A DNA stretch of 64,000 nt from an uncultured Gemmatimonadales bacterium (GCA_963793305.1 CAWBZV010000010.1:128001-192000), one strand, 5' to 3'. Shown: positions 10,121 to 19,828, numbered from the stretch's first letter. Notes: generated by a model not told the origin, from the sequence alone. Numbers and translations are program-made.

Positions 10121-10800
10121 GAAGGGTTGTCCATCATTCGGCGCAGCGCCGCGACATCCTTGAGGTGAATCCGGCCGCGGCCGGCGCTGGCGATCAGTCC
10201 ACTCGCTCGCAGCGATCGGAGCGCACGCACCACGACCTCGCGCACGGTACCCAGCTCCGCAGCCAACGCTTCTTGTGACATGCCGAGGCCAACCTCCGCA
10301 TCCCCACCGATCGTCGTTCGCGGCACTTTGGCGAGCAAGAGCCCGACGAGCCGTGTCGTAGCGCTCTGCAGCGCCAATCGATCCACTCGCTCTACCAGTC
10401 CCCGTACACGCGACGCCAAGCGGTCGAGCAGCACCCATGCCACCGCCGGGTCGGCGACGATTGCCGCCTCTATGGCCTCGCGCGACAATATCAGACACTG
10501 CGTAGCTGCGGTAGCGATGGCGGTTGCCGGGGCGGATCCGCCGCTGTAGAACGGCACCTCGCCCAAGGTCCCACCCGGACCCTCGGTGTGCAGCACGTGC
10601 TGACGCCCACCCGACTCCCGGATCACGCGCACCTCACCTTCGATCACCACGAGCATGCGATCGATCGGGCTGCCTGCGGTCCAGAGCACTTCGCCGGCGT
10701 GGAACTGCCACACCGTGGCCCGAGCCGCGAGCGCGCGCCGCGCCGGCGGCGACAGCCGGTCGAGGATCGGAACCCGAGGGAGTGCGTCCTGGCGGATCAC
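10117..10800 (-). CDS. Crp/Fnr family transcriptional regulator
   Basis: cNMP-binding domain plus SQEALAAELGTVREVVVRAL HTH; overlaps the chrA start by 4 bp. Confidence 0.92.
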   Translation of the reverse strand: MIRQDALPRVPILDRLSPPARRALAARATVWQFHAGEVLWTAGSPIDRMLVVIEGEVRVIRESGGRQHVLHTEGPGGTLGEVPFYSGGSAPATAIATAATQCLILSREAIEAAIVADPAVAWVLLDRLASRVRGLVERVDRLALQSATTRLVGLLLAKVPRTTIGGDAEVGLGMSQEALAAELGTVREVVVRALRSLRASGLIASAGRGRIHLKDVAALRRMMDNPS

Positions 10801-10883
10801 GGCACCTCAAATGAGACTTTGGTCCCAGCGCCGCTCAGGAGCGAGAGCCTACACTGGTCGCATCCTGATCCCGGGAGAATCGA

Positions 10884-11462
10884 ATGACAATCAATGTATG
10901 GAACTTATCGCTCCTCGTCCAGACGCGCCGACTCAGCGCACTCGTCGCACTTCAATTCGCGGCCCTCGCGCCGTTGCGGGCACAGGAGTGCAACATGGAC
11001 AGTATGCCCAAGATGCACGACATGACCGCCAGCCAAGACAGCGCGTATCACGCCATGGAGGCGCGCGGCGCTCGGGCCATGGGTGTCGACCAGTACACCT
11101 CAACGCACCACTTCACAGACTTGACCGACGGCGGCCGCATCGAGCTCGAGCGCAATGTCGACGACTCCGCCGGCGTCGCCATGATCAGGCACCACCTCCG
11201 GATGATCGCGCGGGCGTTCGGCAGCGGCGACTTCTCGACGCCAATGTTCGTACATATGCGCAATGTGCCGGGTACCGCGACCATGGCGGCCAAGCGCAAC
11301 GCGATCACCTACACCGTGCGCGACCTGCCGCGCGGCGGCGCTGTCCGCATCACCACTCATGATCCGGACGCTCTCGCCGCAGTCCACCAATTTCTGGCCT
11401 TTCAACGTCGCGACCACCACGCAGAGTCTCGCACCGAAACCTCACGTCGGGCTGGGCCGTAG
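10884..11462 (+). CDS. Exported His/Met-rich hypothetical protein
   Basis: Signal-like N-terminus, Met/His-rich segment, C-terminal FQRRDHH. Confidence 0.7.
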   Translation: MTINVWNLSLLVQTRRLSALVALQFAALAPLRAQECNMDSMPKMHDMTASQDSAYHAMEARGARAMGVDQYTSTHHFTDLTDGGRIELERNVDDSAGVAMIRHHLRMIARAFGSGDFSTPMFVHMRNVPGTATMAAKRNAITYTVRDLPRGGAVRITTHDPDALAAVHQFLAFQRRDHHAESRTETSRRAGP

Positions 11463-11471
11463 GGATGCGCT

Positions 11472-11701
11472 ATGAATCCAAATGCCGCCTGGATCAGAGC
11501 ATCCATCATCGCCGGCTCGGCAATGTTCGTGTTCGCGCTCGCGGTATCGTCGGATTCTTGCGGACGCGTCCCGCCGGACGCCAGTGGCGTGAGTTCGTCG
11601 CGGGCGGCGCGATCGCGATCGGGTATCTCTTGGCAATGGTGTGGACGGTGGGACCACCGGAGGGCGTCGAACACATCAAGCAAGCATTCGGGCTGCGCTA
11701 G
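11472..11701 (+). pseudogene. Small membrane protein remnant
   Basis: Hydrophobic N-terminal helix and C-terminal helix (FVAGGAIAIGYLLAMVW...FGLR) lie in different frames. Confidence 0.4.
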
Positions 11702-11716
11702 CAGTAAGATCAGCGC

Positions 11717-13036
11717 ATGCCGGATGTCCTCGTCACCGACTGCGGGGCGCTGGGAGATGCCAGCGGCCGGAAGATCACCGCCGCCGAGCTCTCGGCGATG
11801 CACCCGATCGGGCAGCACTATCAGCCCGGCGTTGATACGGTCGACCTCGTTGGCTGCCAGGAAGGGATCTATCGCGCATTCGGCCCGCCGGGCAACGAGA
11901 ACGGCGCGAGCTACCGCCGCAACAAGCGCCTCAAATTCCCAGGCGGCGAATATGTGCTGAATCGCCCGCTCGAGCTGCGCTACCTACAGGGCGGCACGAT
12001 CGAAGGCGACGGAGAGTTTGCGACGACGCTCACCGGTACGAACAAGAGCGGCGGCGAGGGCGGTGCGTCGGTCCTGTACGTCAACGGCATGAGCTACAGC
12101 GGTATCTCGGCCATGCAGTTGCGACAAGCGCCGGGCACGGGCGCGCCGGGCGGAGCGCTCCTCACGCTCGACTACGACGGAACGTCGCCACCGAGCGGAT
12201 GGCACGCGGAGATGCAGGGGAACATGTTCCAGCGGCTGTATCTGTCGGGCGAGGGGTATGGCAATCGCTCGTCCGGCGTATACGCGTACGGCCACTATCG
12301 CATGGGCAGCGAGAACCTGTGGCAGGCGTGCTCGTTCATCTGGTTCGACTACGGGTACTACGGCGACCGGTCGTTCAATTCGCTGCAGAATTGCTTCCAG
12401 GGCGGCAATTTCGCGAACTGCCGCAAGCGCGCGATCCTCATTCGCGCCGGCTCGGTCGCCTGCATCTCCGTCGGGTTCCAGTGTGGCGACCTGGGTACGC
12501 AACTCACCGGCGCCGATACGCCGGTCGATATCGAGCTCCAGAATAGCGCCGGCAACGTCTCGTACTTCACGTACTGCCGGAGCGAGTCGGCGCGGTTCCT
12601 CCGCGCGGCCAATGACCACAAGGCGGTCGTGACCGCGTGCAATGTGCTGCCCGACTTGAACCGCTGGCGCGCCGGAGTCGCCCAGCGCACCCTGTCGGTC
12701 ATCATGGGCACGCACGCCAAGGGCGTCGGGTGCATCTATATCGCCGAGAAAGAGGGCACGACGGGGACGACGGAGCCCGACTGGGCGACCGCCAGCGAGC
12801 GCGTGACCGACGGCACGGTCACCTGGAAGCGGTCGGACCACAACATCATCAATGGAGGGTTGACCAACGTCACGGCGTGCGTGTTGACGTTTGGGCGGAC
12901 GGCCGTTGACTACATCGATCGATGCGAGTTGTCGCGCAAGGACTGGCCGAACATGCCCACGCAACGCAATGGGGGGCACAATCGGATATGGCTCAATGGT
13001 CACGCCAACGACTCGCGGGGGATCGTGACCCCATGA
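11717..13036 (+). CDS. Parallel beta-helix (pectate lyase 3 / tailspike-like) protein with phage-type carbohydrate-binding insert
   Basis: VTDCGALGD and LKFPGGEY..PL...TIEGDG beta-helix cap; Asn/Cys-rich rungs; GTTGTTEPDW...VTDGTVTW. Confidence 0.7.
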   Translation: MPDVLVTDCGALGDASGRKITAAELSAMHPIGQHYQPGVDTVDLVGCQEGIYRAFGPPGNENGASYRRNKRLKFPGGEYVLNRPLELRYLQGGTIEGDGEFATTLTGTNKSGGEGGASVLYVNGMSYSGISAMQLRQAPGTGAPGGALLTLDYDGTSPPSGWHAEMQGNMFQRLYLSGEGYGNRSSGVYAYGHYRMGSENLWQACSFIWFDYGYYGDRSFNSLQNCFQGGNFANCRKRAILIRAGSVACISVGFQCGDLGTQLTGADTPVDIELQNSAGNVSYFTYCRSESARFLRAANDHKAVVTACNVLPDLNRWRAGVAQRTLSVIMGTHAKGVGCIYIAEKEGTTGTTEPDWATASERVTDGTVTWKRSDHNIINGGLTNVTACVLTFGRTAVDYIDRCELSRKDWPNMPTQRNGGHNRIWLNGHANDSRGIVTP

Positions 13037-13710
13037 ACGCTCGTGCGCTCTCGGCGCTGATCGCCCTCGCGGTGCAAGGCGCGCCACTGCAACGGGTGAC
13101 GCGCGATCAGCTGTGCGTCACGAATGGTGAGATCACGACGATGCCAAAGGGGCGACTGGCGATCAATACGCCGAGCTCGCGAGCGATTGTCCAGATTCCG
13201 ACCGCGTCTGGCGTGGCCGAGATTCGGTTCACGTATCTGGGTCCGAGCGAAGGCTCGAAGCCGCTGGCGAGCGGCGAGATGCGGCGACAGATCGGGCTCA
13301 AGCTCCGGGCGCTGAATCAGTGCAACCTGCTCTACATCATGTGGCACATTGAGCCGGACGCCAAGATTGCCGTGTCGATCAAGCGCAACCCTGGCCAGTC
13401 TACGCACGAGCAGTGCGACGCACACGGCTACGCGACGATTCGGCCGCGGGCGATGCTGGCCGCACCGCGCGTGCTACCGGGTCAATCCCACACGTTGCGC
13501 GCGGATCTCGCCGGTCAAGATCTCACGATCACGGCCAATGGCAAAGTCGTCTGGGATGGGTCGGTCGGGAATGGCCTGACCGGTATCAATGGACCGATTG
13601 GTCTCCGCACCGATAACGCGCGGTTCGAATTCGACTACGCTGTCATGCCGGCCACCAACGGGCCGACGAGTCGGTGTGAATCGTCAGGCCAGGACGCGGG
13701 CGCCGACTGA
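13033..13710 (+). CDS. Secreted beta-sandwich (ConA/LamG-like) hypothetical protein
   Basis: Signal peptide; HTLRADL..LTITANGKVVW...GPIGLRTDN; ATGA overlap with the upstream gene. Confidence 0.7.
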   Translation: MNARALSALIALAVQGAPLQRVTRDQLCVTNGEITTMPKGRLAINTPSSRAIVQIPTASGVAEIRFTYLGPSEGSKPLASGEMRRQIGLKLRALNQCNLLYIMWHIEPDAKIAVSIKRNPGQSTHEQCDAHGYATIRPRAMLAAPRVLPGQSHTLRADLAGQDLTITANGKVVWDGSVGNGLTGINGPIGLRTDNARFEFDYAVMPATNGPTSRCESSGQDAGAD

Positions 13711-15135
13711 CGACCGCGAAATCGGCACCTCGATCCAGAACGTCGTCTCGCCGCCCGCTCTCCGCTCGGACTCGACCCCGATGCGCCCACCGTGCTGCTC
13801 GATGATCGCCTTGGCGATCGCGAGCCCGAGGCCGGTCCCGCCGTGTCGGCGCGCGTCGGAGCCGTCGAGCTGCTGAAAGCGAGCGAATAATCGCGGGAGG
13901 TCCGACCCGGCAATCCCGTCGCCGATGTTGGTCACGGCGATACGCACGACGCCAACGTCGCGGCCAATGCCGACACGGACATCGGAGCCCGGCGTCGCGA
14001 ACTTGATCGCGTTCGAGACGAGATTCGTCAGCACTTGCACCATCCGATCGCGATCGGCGCTGAACGTCGTGTCGTCCATCACCCGCGCCGCGAGCGTCAC
14101 ACGATGCTCGGCCGCGGTCGCGGCCAGCCCATCGAGCGTCGCCCGCACGATCTCGCTGGCGAGGAGCGGCTGCCGACGCAGCTCCACCCGACCCGCTTCG
14201 ATCTTGTCGAGATCGAGCATGTCGTTGATCAACCGCACCAGGCGCTCCGAGTTGGCGCGTGCCATCGTCACGAGCTGCGTCGCCTGCGGTGAGCCGGCCG
14301 GTATGACGCCGCTCTCCAGCAATCTCAGCGACCCATGGATGGCGGTGAGCGGCGTCCGCAGCTCATGCGACACGGTCGACACGAACTCGCTCTTGAGCCG
14401 GTTGACCCGCATCCACGCGGTCACGTCGCGCACGATGGAGATCCGCGCCGCCAGCCCGCCGTAATCAATCGGCCGGCCGGACACCTCGGCCTCGAATGTC
14501 GTCCCGTCGGGCCTGAGCAAGGTGATCAAGTACGTCAAAGGCCGGTTCTCGACCATGATCCGTCGCACCGCATCGCGCTCCGGCAGCGCGATGTACTCCT
14601 CGGCCCGCGTCCCGATGGCGTCCTGCTCGGTCACGCCGAACATGCGCAGCCAGGCGGCATTGACCTCGAGGACGACCCCTTCGCGCGTGATCACGACGCC
14701 GTCGGTCGACGCGTCGGACAGCCGCCGAAACCGTGCCTCGCTCTGCGCCAACTCCACCATCACGCCATGCACGGCCCGCTCGGCCGTACAGTCCCGATAT
14801 CCGGCCACCGAGCCGCGGCACACGCCGTCGACGATGTCGGCGATCGCCCAGCCCCGACACAGAACGCGGCGGCCATCCTTGGCCAGGAGCGTGGCCTCGA
14901 AATCCTCGACCGGGTCGCCGCTGATGACCGCGCGGGCAACACGCAGGTAGCGATCACGATCTTCGGGTACGACGAAATCAACAGAGCGCATCGCGGACGC
15001 TTCGGCCAACGTGTAGCCGAGGGCGCGCTGCCAGGCCGCATTTACGTATACCAGCTCACCACTGGCGCCGGTCGCGCAGAGCATCTCGCTTGCGCGCTCC
15101 AGCAGGATTTTCCACCAACGTTCGCCCACGTCCAT
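13684..15135 (-). CDS. Cytoplasmic PAS-PAS histidine kinase
   Basis: Two PAS domains, SHELRTPL H-box, NLVSNAIKF and GGTGLGL. Confidence 0.95.
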   Translation of the reverse strand: MDVGERWWKILLERASEMLCATGASGELVYVNAAWQRALGYTLAEASAMRSVDFVVPEDRDRYLRVARAVISGDPVEDFEATLLAKDGRRVLCRGWAIADIVDGVCRGSVAGYRDCTAERAVHGVMVELAQSEARFRRLSDASTDGVVITREGVVLEVNAAWLRMFGVTEQDAIGTRAEEYIALPERDAVRRIMVENRPLTYLITLLRPDGTTFEAEVSGRPIDYGGLAARISIVRDVTAWMRVNRLKSEFVSTVSHELRTPLTAIHGSLRLLESGVIPAGSPQATQLVTMARANSERLVRLINDMLDLDKIEAGRVELRRQPLLASEIVRATLDGLAATAAEHRVTLAARVMDDTTFSADRDRMVQVLTNLVSNAIKFATPGSDVRVGIGRDVGVVRIAVTNIGDGIAGSDLPRLFARFQQLDGSDARRHGGTGLGLAIAKAIIEQHGGRIGVESERRAGGETTFWIEVPISRSSVGARVLA

Positions 15136-15159
15136 ATGTCCGTTGACGACGAGCCGGCG

Positions 15160-15864
15160 TCATGGGATACCGGCAACCGCCTTGCGCACGGGCTCGGGCA
15201 GGGCGAACATGGCGTCGTCGACGTCGTCATACGTCACCGACGCGATTCGGTCGACCGATACGTCATCCCCATCGCGCGAGGTGGTCTTGGCCGCCATGAG
15301 GACGCCGCCATAGTTCGTGTAGTCCTCGAAGGTCGCCGTGGCATCGCCATTGCCACCTCGCCAGGCGGTGTTGAAGGCGTAGCCGAGGAGTAGGCCCGAC
15401 GCCGTATCATAGAACTGCTCGTTGACCTTCCCCCAGTTGTTCACGCCCTTGAGGTGATAACAGGGGTGGCCGTTGAACGGCTTGACATCGACGACGGTCA
15501 TCGAGCGGAAATAGTTCATGACGTGCAGGTGATAGTACATGTCCGCATCGCGCGCGATCGTCTTGATCACGTCGCTTTGCGGCAGGTGCACCTTGCCCGC
15601 CGTATCGATGGACCAGGCGATTTTTCCGTCGTAGCCGCCGCGCATCGTCTTCCCGTCCGGGAACAGGATCTTTTGCGCGGCCTTCGTGTCCTTCATGTAG
15701 AGCACCAGCTCGACATCGCCCTCCTTCATGTGCATGGTCATCGACTTGTGCCGTAGGAGCGCGTCGCGGCCACCGGTCGCCGTGACGTACCGGTCGAGGA
15801 CCTGCTGGACCGTCGGCAGCTGCAGCGCGGCCACAACGGCCAGCGCGAGGACGTTCATGGGCAT
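15160..15864 (-). CDS. Exported LolA-like fold hypothetical protein
   Basis: Signal peptide; VLDRYVTATGG N-motif; TFEDY...GV and VDDAMFALP C-terminus. Confidence 0.7.
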   Translation of the reverse strand: MPMNVLALAVVAALQLPTVQQVLDRYVTATGGRDALLRHKSMTMHMKEGDVELVLYMKDTKAAQKILFPDGKTMRGGYDGKIAWSIDTAGKVHLPQSDVIKTIARDADMYYHLHVMNYFRSMTVVDVKPFNGHPCYHLKGVNNWGKVNEQFYDTASGLLLGYAFNTAWRGGNGDATATFEDYTNYGGVLMAAKTTSRDGDDVSVDRIASVTYDDVDDAMFALPEPVRKAVAGIP

Positions 15865-15915
15865 GCCCAGAAGCTCGGCGCTTGCCAGGGCAAAATCTTG
15901 TACGAGATTAGCGTC

Positions 15916-16599
15916 ATGGTGGTCGAGGAGATGGTGTATCCGCCCGGACTGTGCGTCGAGCGACACGCGCACGAGACCGACAATCTCATCTACATCGTCT
16001 CGGGCCCGCATTGGTCCAGTTACAGCCGCGGCGGCAATGTCTGTCTTCCCGGAACGGTCCGCTTTATTCCGGCTGGCGAACCACACGAGAACTACTTCCC
16101 GGTGCGCTCACGCTGTCTGGCGATCGATCTGAGCCAGCCCGTCGGGACTTCTGGCGCACCTGGTGAGGTGAAAACTTCACTCGGTGCCCGTCTGTATCAC
16201 GAATTCCGCCAGCGCGACGACCTGAGCGCGCTCGGCATTGAAGCCACGATCCTGGAGATTCTCCTGAGCCAGCGGCGTGCGGAGAGGCTTCCGGCGTGGC
16301 TGTTGAGAGTCAGAGAGATGCTCCGTGAGGAGCGTCCGACCCTGAGGGACCTCGCGCGTGCAGTCGAGCGGCATCCCGTTCAGGTGAGCCGTCAGTTCCG
16401 ACGGCATTTCGGCTGCACGATATCCGAGTACGTCCGGCGCGTCCGCGTCGGACGAGCGCAATCCCTTCTCAACCGGGGCAAGATGAGAGTCGCCGAGGTT
16501 GCGCTCGCCTGCGGATTTTACGATCAGAGCCACTTCACGACCACGTTCGTGCGACTGGCCGGTATGTCCCCGCGTCAGTGGGTGATGGCGAAGAAATAA
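15916..16599 (+). CDS. AraC family transcriptional regulator
   Basis: Cupin HAHE; C-terminal VALACGFYDQSHFT..F....GMSP. Confidence 0.92.
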   Translation: MVVEEMVYPPGLCVERHAHETDNLIYIVSGPHWSSYSRGGNVCLPGTVRFIPAGEPHENYFPVRSRCLAIDLSQPVGTSGAPGEVKTSLGARLYHEFRQRDDLSALGIEATILEILLSQRRAERLPAWLLRVREMLREERPTLRDLARAVERHPVQVSRQFRRHFGCTISEYVRRVRVGRAQSLLNRGKMRVAEVALACGFYDQSHFTTTFVRLAGMSPRQWVMAKK

Positions 16600-17591
16600 G
16601 CGCCGACGATCGGGCCACGGGGCATGCGGCCGCGCTCGTCCGGCTTGGCATCAGCCGGCGGCGGCCCGTATTCGGGCTGGAACAGATAGGCCACGTGCTT
16701 GACGGGATCGACCGCTATGGTCTTCGCGCCACGCATCGTCGTGACCGTTGCGACGACCGTGTACTTGTCCGGCCCATCCTCGCGCACGACCGTCACGTTG
16801 GAATCGCGGCCGGCGGGAACGTAGAACAGCTTCTCCGACGGATCGAACCCGAGCGCGTCGACGCCGTCGCCGTTCGTGATCGTCGCCACGATCTTGCCAG
16901 AGGCCGGATCGAGGACCACCGAGTTCTTGCCGCAGGCAGAGAAGACTCGATTCGACTTCCGGTCATACGCGATGCCCGTCGGGCCGTCGCACGGCGCGAG
17001 CGGCCAGGACGCGATCGCCTTCCACGCCTTCGAGTCGATCACCTGGATTGTGCTCTTGCCTTCCAGATTGACGAAAATCTTGCCCTTCCCATCGCTCGCC
17101 GCGCCTTCCGGCCCGGTATCCTCGAGCTCCACCGTGGCGGCAATGTCGCCCGTCTTGGGATCGAGCGCGACCAACGTGCCGGGATGACTGTGGTTGGTGA
17201 GAATGACGCGATCCGAGAAATCATCGAACATGATCCCATCCATGCCGCCGGTCTTGACCGGGATCTTCTTGATGACGGCGAGGGTCTTGAGGTCGAACAT
17301 CGTCACCGTCGAATCGCCGCCGTTGGTGATGAACCCGTGATCCGCCTTTGGCGCGAGCGCGATGCCGTGCGTGCGTGGCGTGTCCAGGATGTCGCCGATC
17401 ACCTTGCCGGTCGCGCCGTCGATCACCATGACGTGCGTGGCCCGCGATACGAACACCCGGCCTGTGCCGGATTCGGCCGTCAGATAGTCAGTCCCGCCAT
17501 CGCCGCCAATGCTGTATTTCGCTACCTTGAACGTCTGGGCTTGGGCGACACTCGCTAAGACGAATGTGCCAATAAGGGCGTATTTGGTCAT
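16575..17591 (-). CDS. YncE/YVTN-type beta-propeller, exported
   Basis: Signal peptide and repeated blades (GFITNG.DSTVTMFD, PEGAASDGKGKIFVN). Confidence 0.88.
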   Translation of the reverse strand: MTKYALIGTFVLASVAQAQTFKVAKYSIGGDGGTDYLTAESGTGRVFVSRATHVMVIDGATGKVIGDILDTPRTHGIALAPKADHGFITNGGDSTVTMFDLKTLAVIKKIPVKTGGMDGIMFDDFSDRVILTNHSHPGTLVALDPKTGDIAATVELEDTGPEGAASDGKGKIFVNLEGKSTIQVIDSKAWKAIASWPLAPCDGPTGIAYDRKSNRVFSACGKNSVVLDPASGKIVATITNGDGVDALGFDPSEKLFYVPAGRDSNVTVVREDGPDKYTVVATVTTMRGAKTIAVDPVKHVAYLFQPEYGPPPADAKPDERGRMPRGPIVGAYFFAITH

Positions 17592-17601
17592 GCTTAAGAA
17601 T

Positions 17602-19746
17602 ATGCACATCCCGCCTGTCAGGACGCTTACACTCGTTTTCGCCACATTCTGCGCCAGCACGGCGTTCGGTCAGGTCACGCGGTGGAAACAAGAAGCGCGC
17701 GATGTGACCATCACCCGAGACGACTTGGGAATCCCGCATATCCACGGGAAGACCGACGCGGATGCCGTGTTCGGGCTCCTCTATGCCCAGGCGGAAGACG
17801 ACTTCAATCGCGTGGAGATGAACTACATCAACGCGATGGGTCGGCTGGCCGAGGTCGAGGGGGAGGGCGCGGTGATGCGAGACCTGCGCATGAAACTGTT
17901 CATCGATCCCGACTCGATGAAGGCGAAGTACGCGGCGAGTCCGGCGTGGCTCAAGCAGCTGATGGACGCCTATGCCGACGGGCTCAACTACTATCTCTAC
18001 ACACATCCGAGGACGGTTCCACGGCTCATCAAGCACTTCGAGCCGTGGATGGCCCTGACGTTCAGCGAGGGCAGCATCGGTGGGGATATCGAGCATGTGT
18101 CCCTGAGGCAGCTGGCCGCGTTCTACGGGAGCGATTCGGTTCCCCGCCTCCCATCGGTTTCGATGGAGCCCACGGGCTCAAACGGCATCGCGATCGGGCC
18201 TGCGCTCACGGCGTCGCACCACGCGATGCTGCTCATCAACCCGCATACGTCGTTCTACTTTCGCGCCGAAGTCCAGGCCACGAGCGACGAAGGGTTGAAT
18301 GCGTATGGCGCCGTGACGTGGGGGCAGTTCTTCGTCTACCAAGGCTTCAATACGCGCGTCGGCTGGATGCACACGAGCAGTGGCGTGAATGACATCAGCG
18401 ACTACGCCGAAACTATCGTCAAGAACGGGAGATCACTGGGGTATCGCTACGGCGGGCAGGTACGCCCCCTCGTGACAAGCACGATCGTCGTGCCCTATAA
18501 GACGGCAACCGGGATCAGCGCGCGACGGTTTACCGTGTATAGAACCATTCACGGTCCCATTGTCATGGCCGCCGACGGCAAATGGGTCAGCGTGCGACTC
18601 ATGCAGGAGCCGGTCAAGGCGCTCACGCAGTCCTACACCCGGACGAAGGCGACGAATTACAAGACGTTTCGTGAGACGATGGAGTTGCACACGAACTCGT
18701 CGAACAACACGATCTTCGCCGATGCCGACGGGGATATCGCGTATTTTCATGGCAACTTTATTCCAAAGCGGGACGATAAGCTCGACTGGACCAAGCCCGT
18801 TGACGGGAGTGATCCGGCGACTGATTGGAAGGGGCTCTTGTCCATCAATGAAACGCCACTGTTGCTGAATCCAGCCGACGGGTGGCTCTACAACAGCAAC
18901 AACTGGCCATGGTCGGCCGCGGGACCAGATAGCCCGAAGCGCGAGAACTTCCCGCGCTACGTCGAAACAGGCACGGGCGAGACCGCGCGGGGATTGCACG
19001 CCATCCGGGTGCTCGAGCACGCGCGCAATTTCACGCTCGACTCTCTGATGACCGAGGCGTACGACAGCTACCTGCCCGCGTTCCAGATCATGATCCCGTC
19101 GCTGATCAAAGCGTGGGATGACGCGCCGGCCGGAGACGAGACGAAAGCGAAAGTCGCCGAGCAAATCGCGCTGCTGAGAGCGTGGGACTATCGGTGGTCG
19201 GCAACGTCGGTGCCCACCGCACTCGCGATCTTCTGGGCAGAGAACTTGGGGCGAGGCTCGGGCGAACCGAACGTGGACTACTTTCGGCGCTTGGCGGACG
19301 AGACGAGCGGCGCCGACAAGCTCCACGCGCTCGCGGCGGCGTCGGATTACCTCGCCGGAGCGTTCGGCAGTTGGAAGACGCCGTGGGGCCAGATCAACCG
19401 ATTCCAACGCCTCACGCCGCAGATCGTTCAGCAGTATGACGACAGCAAGCCCAGCATCCCGGTGGGATTTACGGCGTCGCAGTGGGGATCGCTCGCGGCG
19501 TTTGGCGCGAGAGAGTACCCGGGCACGAAGAAGCGGTATGGGTCGATCGGCAATAGCTTCGTCGCGGTCGTGGAGTTCGGCGACAGTGTCCGGGCAAAGG
19601 CGGTGACGGCTGGCGGTGAGAGCGGCGATCCGGCGTCGCCGCACTTCAATGATCAGGCCCAGCGCTATAGCACCGGCAGCCTACGCAACGTCTATTTCTA
19701 CCCGAATCAGCTCAAGGGCCACATCGAGCGCGAGTACCACCCGTAG
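17602..19746 (+). CDS. Penicillin acylase (Ntn hydrolase S45) family protein
   Basis: RDDLGIPHI, YAQAED, and GSNGIAI...NPH beta-chain start. Confidence 0.93.
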   Translation: MHIPPVRTLTLVFATFCASTAFGQVTRWKQEARDVTITRDDLGIPHIHGKTDADAVFGLLYAQAEDDFNRVEMNYINAMGRLAEVEGEGAVMRDLRMKLFIDPDSMKAKYAASPAWLKQLMDAYADGLNYYLYTHPRTVPRLIKHFEPWMALTFSEGSIGGDIEHVSLRQLAAFYGSDSVPRLPSVSMEPTGSNGIAIGPALTASHHAMLLINPHTSFYFRAEVQATSDEGLNAYGAVTWGQFFVYQGFNTRVGWMHTSSGVNDISDYAETIVKNGRSLGYRYGGQVRPLVTSTIVVPYKTATGISARRFTVYRTIHGPIVMAADGKWVSVRLMQEPVKALTQSYTRTKATNYKTFRETMELHTNSSNNTIFADADGDIAYFHGNFIPKRDDKLDWTKPVDGSDPATDWKGLLSINETPLLLNPADGWLYNSNNWPWSAAGPDSPKRENFPRYVETGTGETARGLHAIRVLEHARNFTLDSLMTEAYDSYLPAFQIMIPSLIKAWDDAPAGDETKAKVAEQIALLRAWDYRWSATSVPTALAIFWAENLGRGSGEPNVDYFRRLADETSGADKLHALAAASDYLAGAFGSWKTPWGQINRFQRLTPQIVQQYDDSKPSIPVGFTASQWGSLAAFGAREYPGTKKRYGSIGNSFVAVVEFGDSVRAKAVTAGGESGDPASPHFNDQAQRYSTGSLRNVYFYPNQLKGHIEREYHP

Positions 19747-19828
19747 GCGCTGGCGAAGCCAAGCGCTGTCGAACAGACCAGTCGAGCGGCGCGAAGCGCT
19801 GCATCGACGCGCGGCGGAGCCGCCTTAG
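19746..19828 (+). repeat. Three-hairpin dispersed element, copy A
   Basis: 44/52 identity over the core to the reverse complement of 50864-50946; GC-GNA-GC capped hairpins. Confidence 0.8.
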
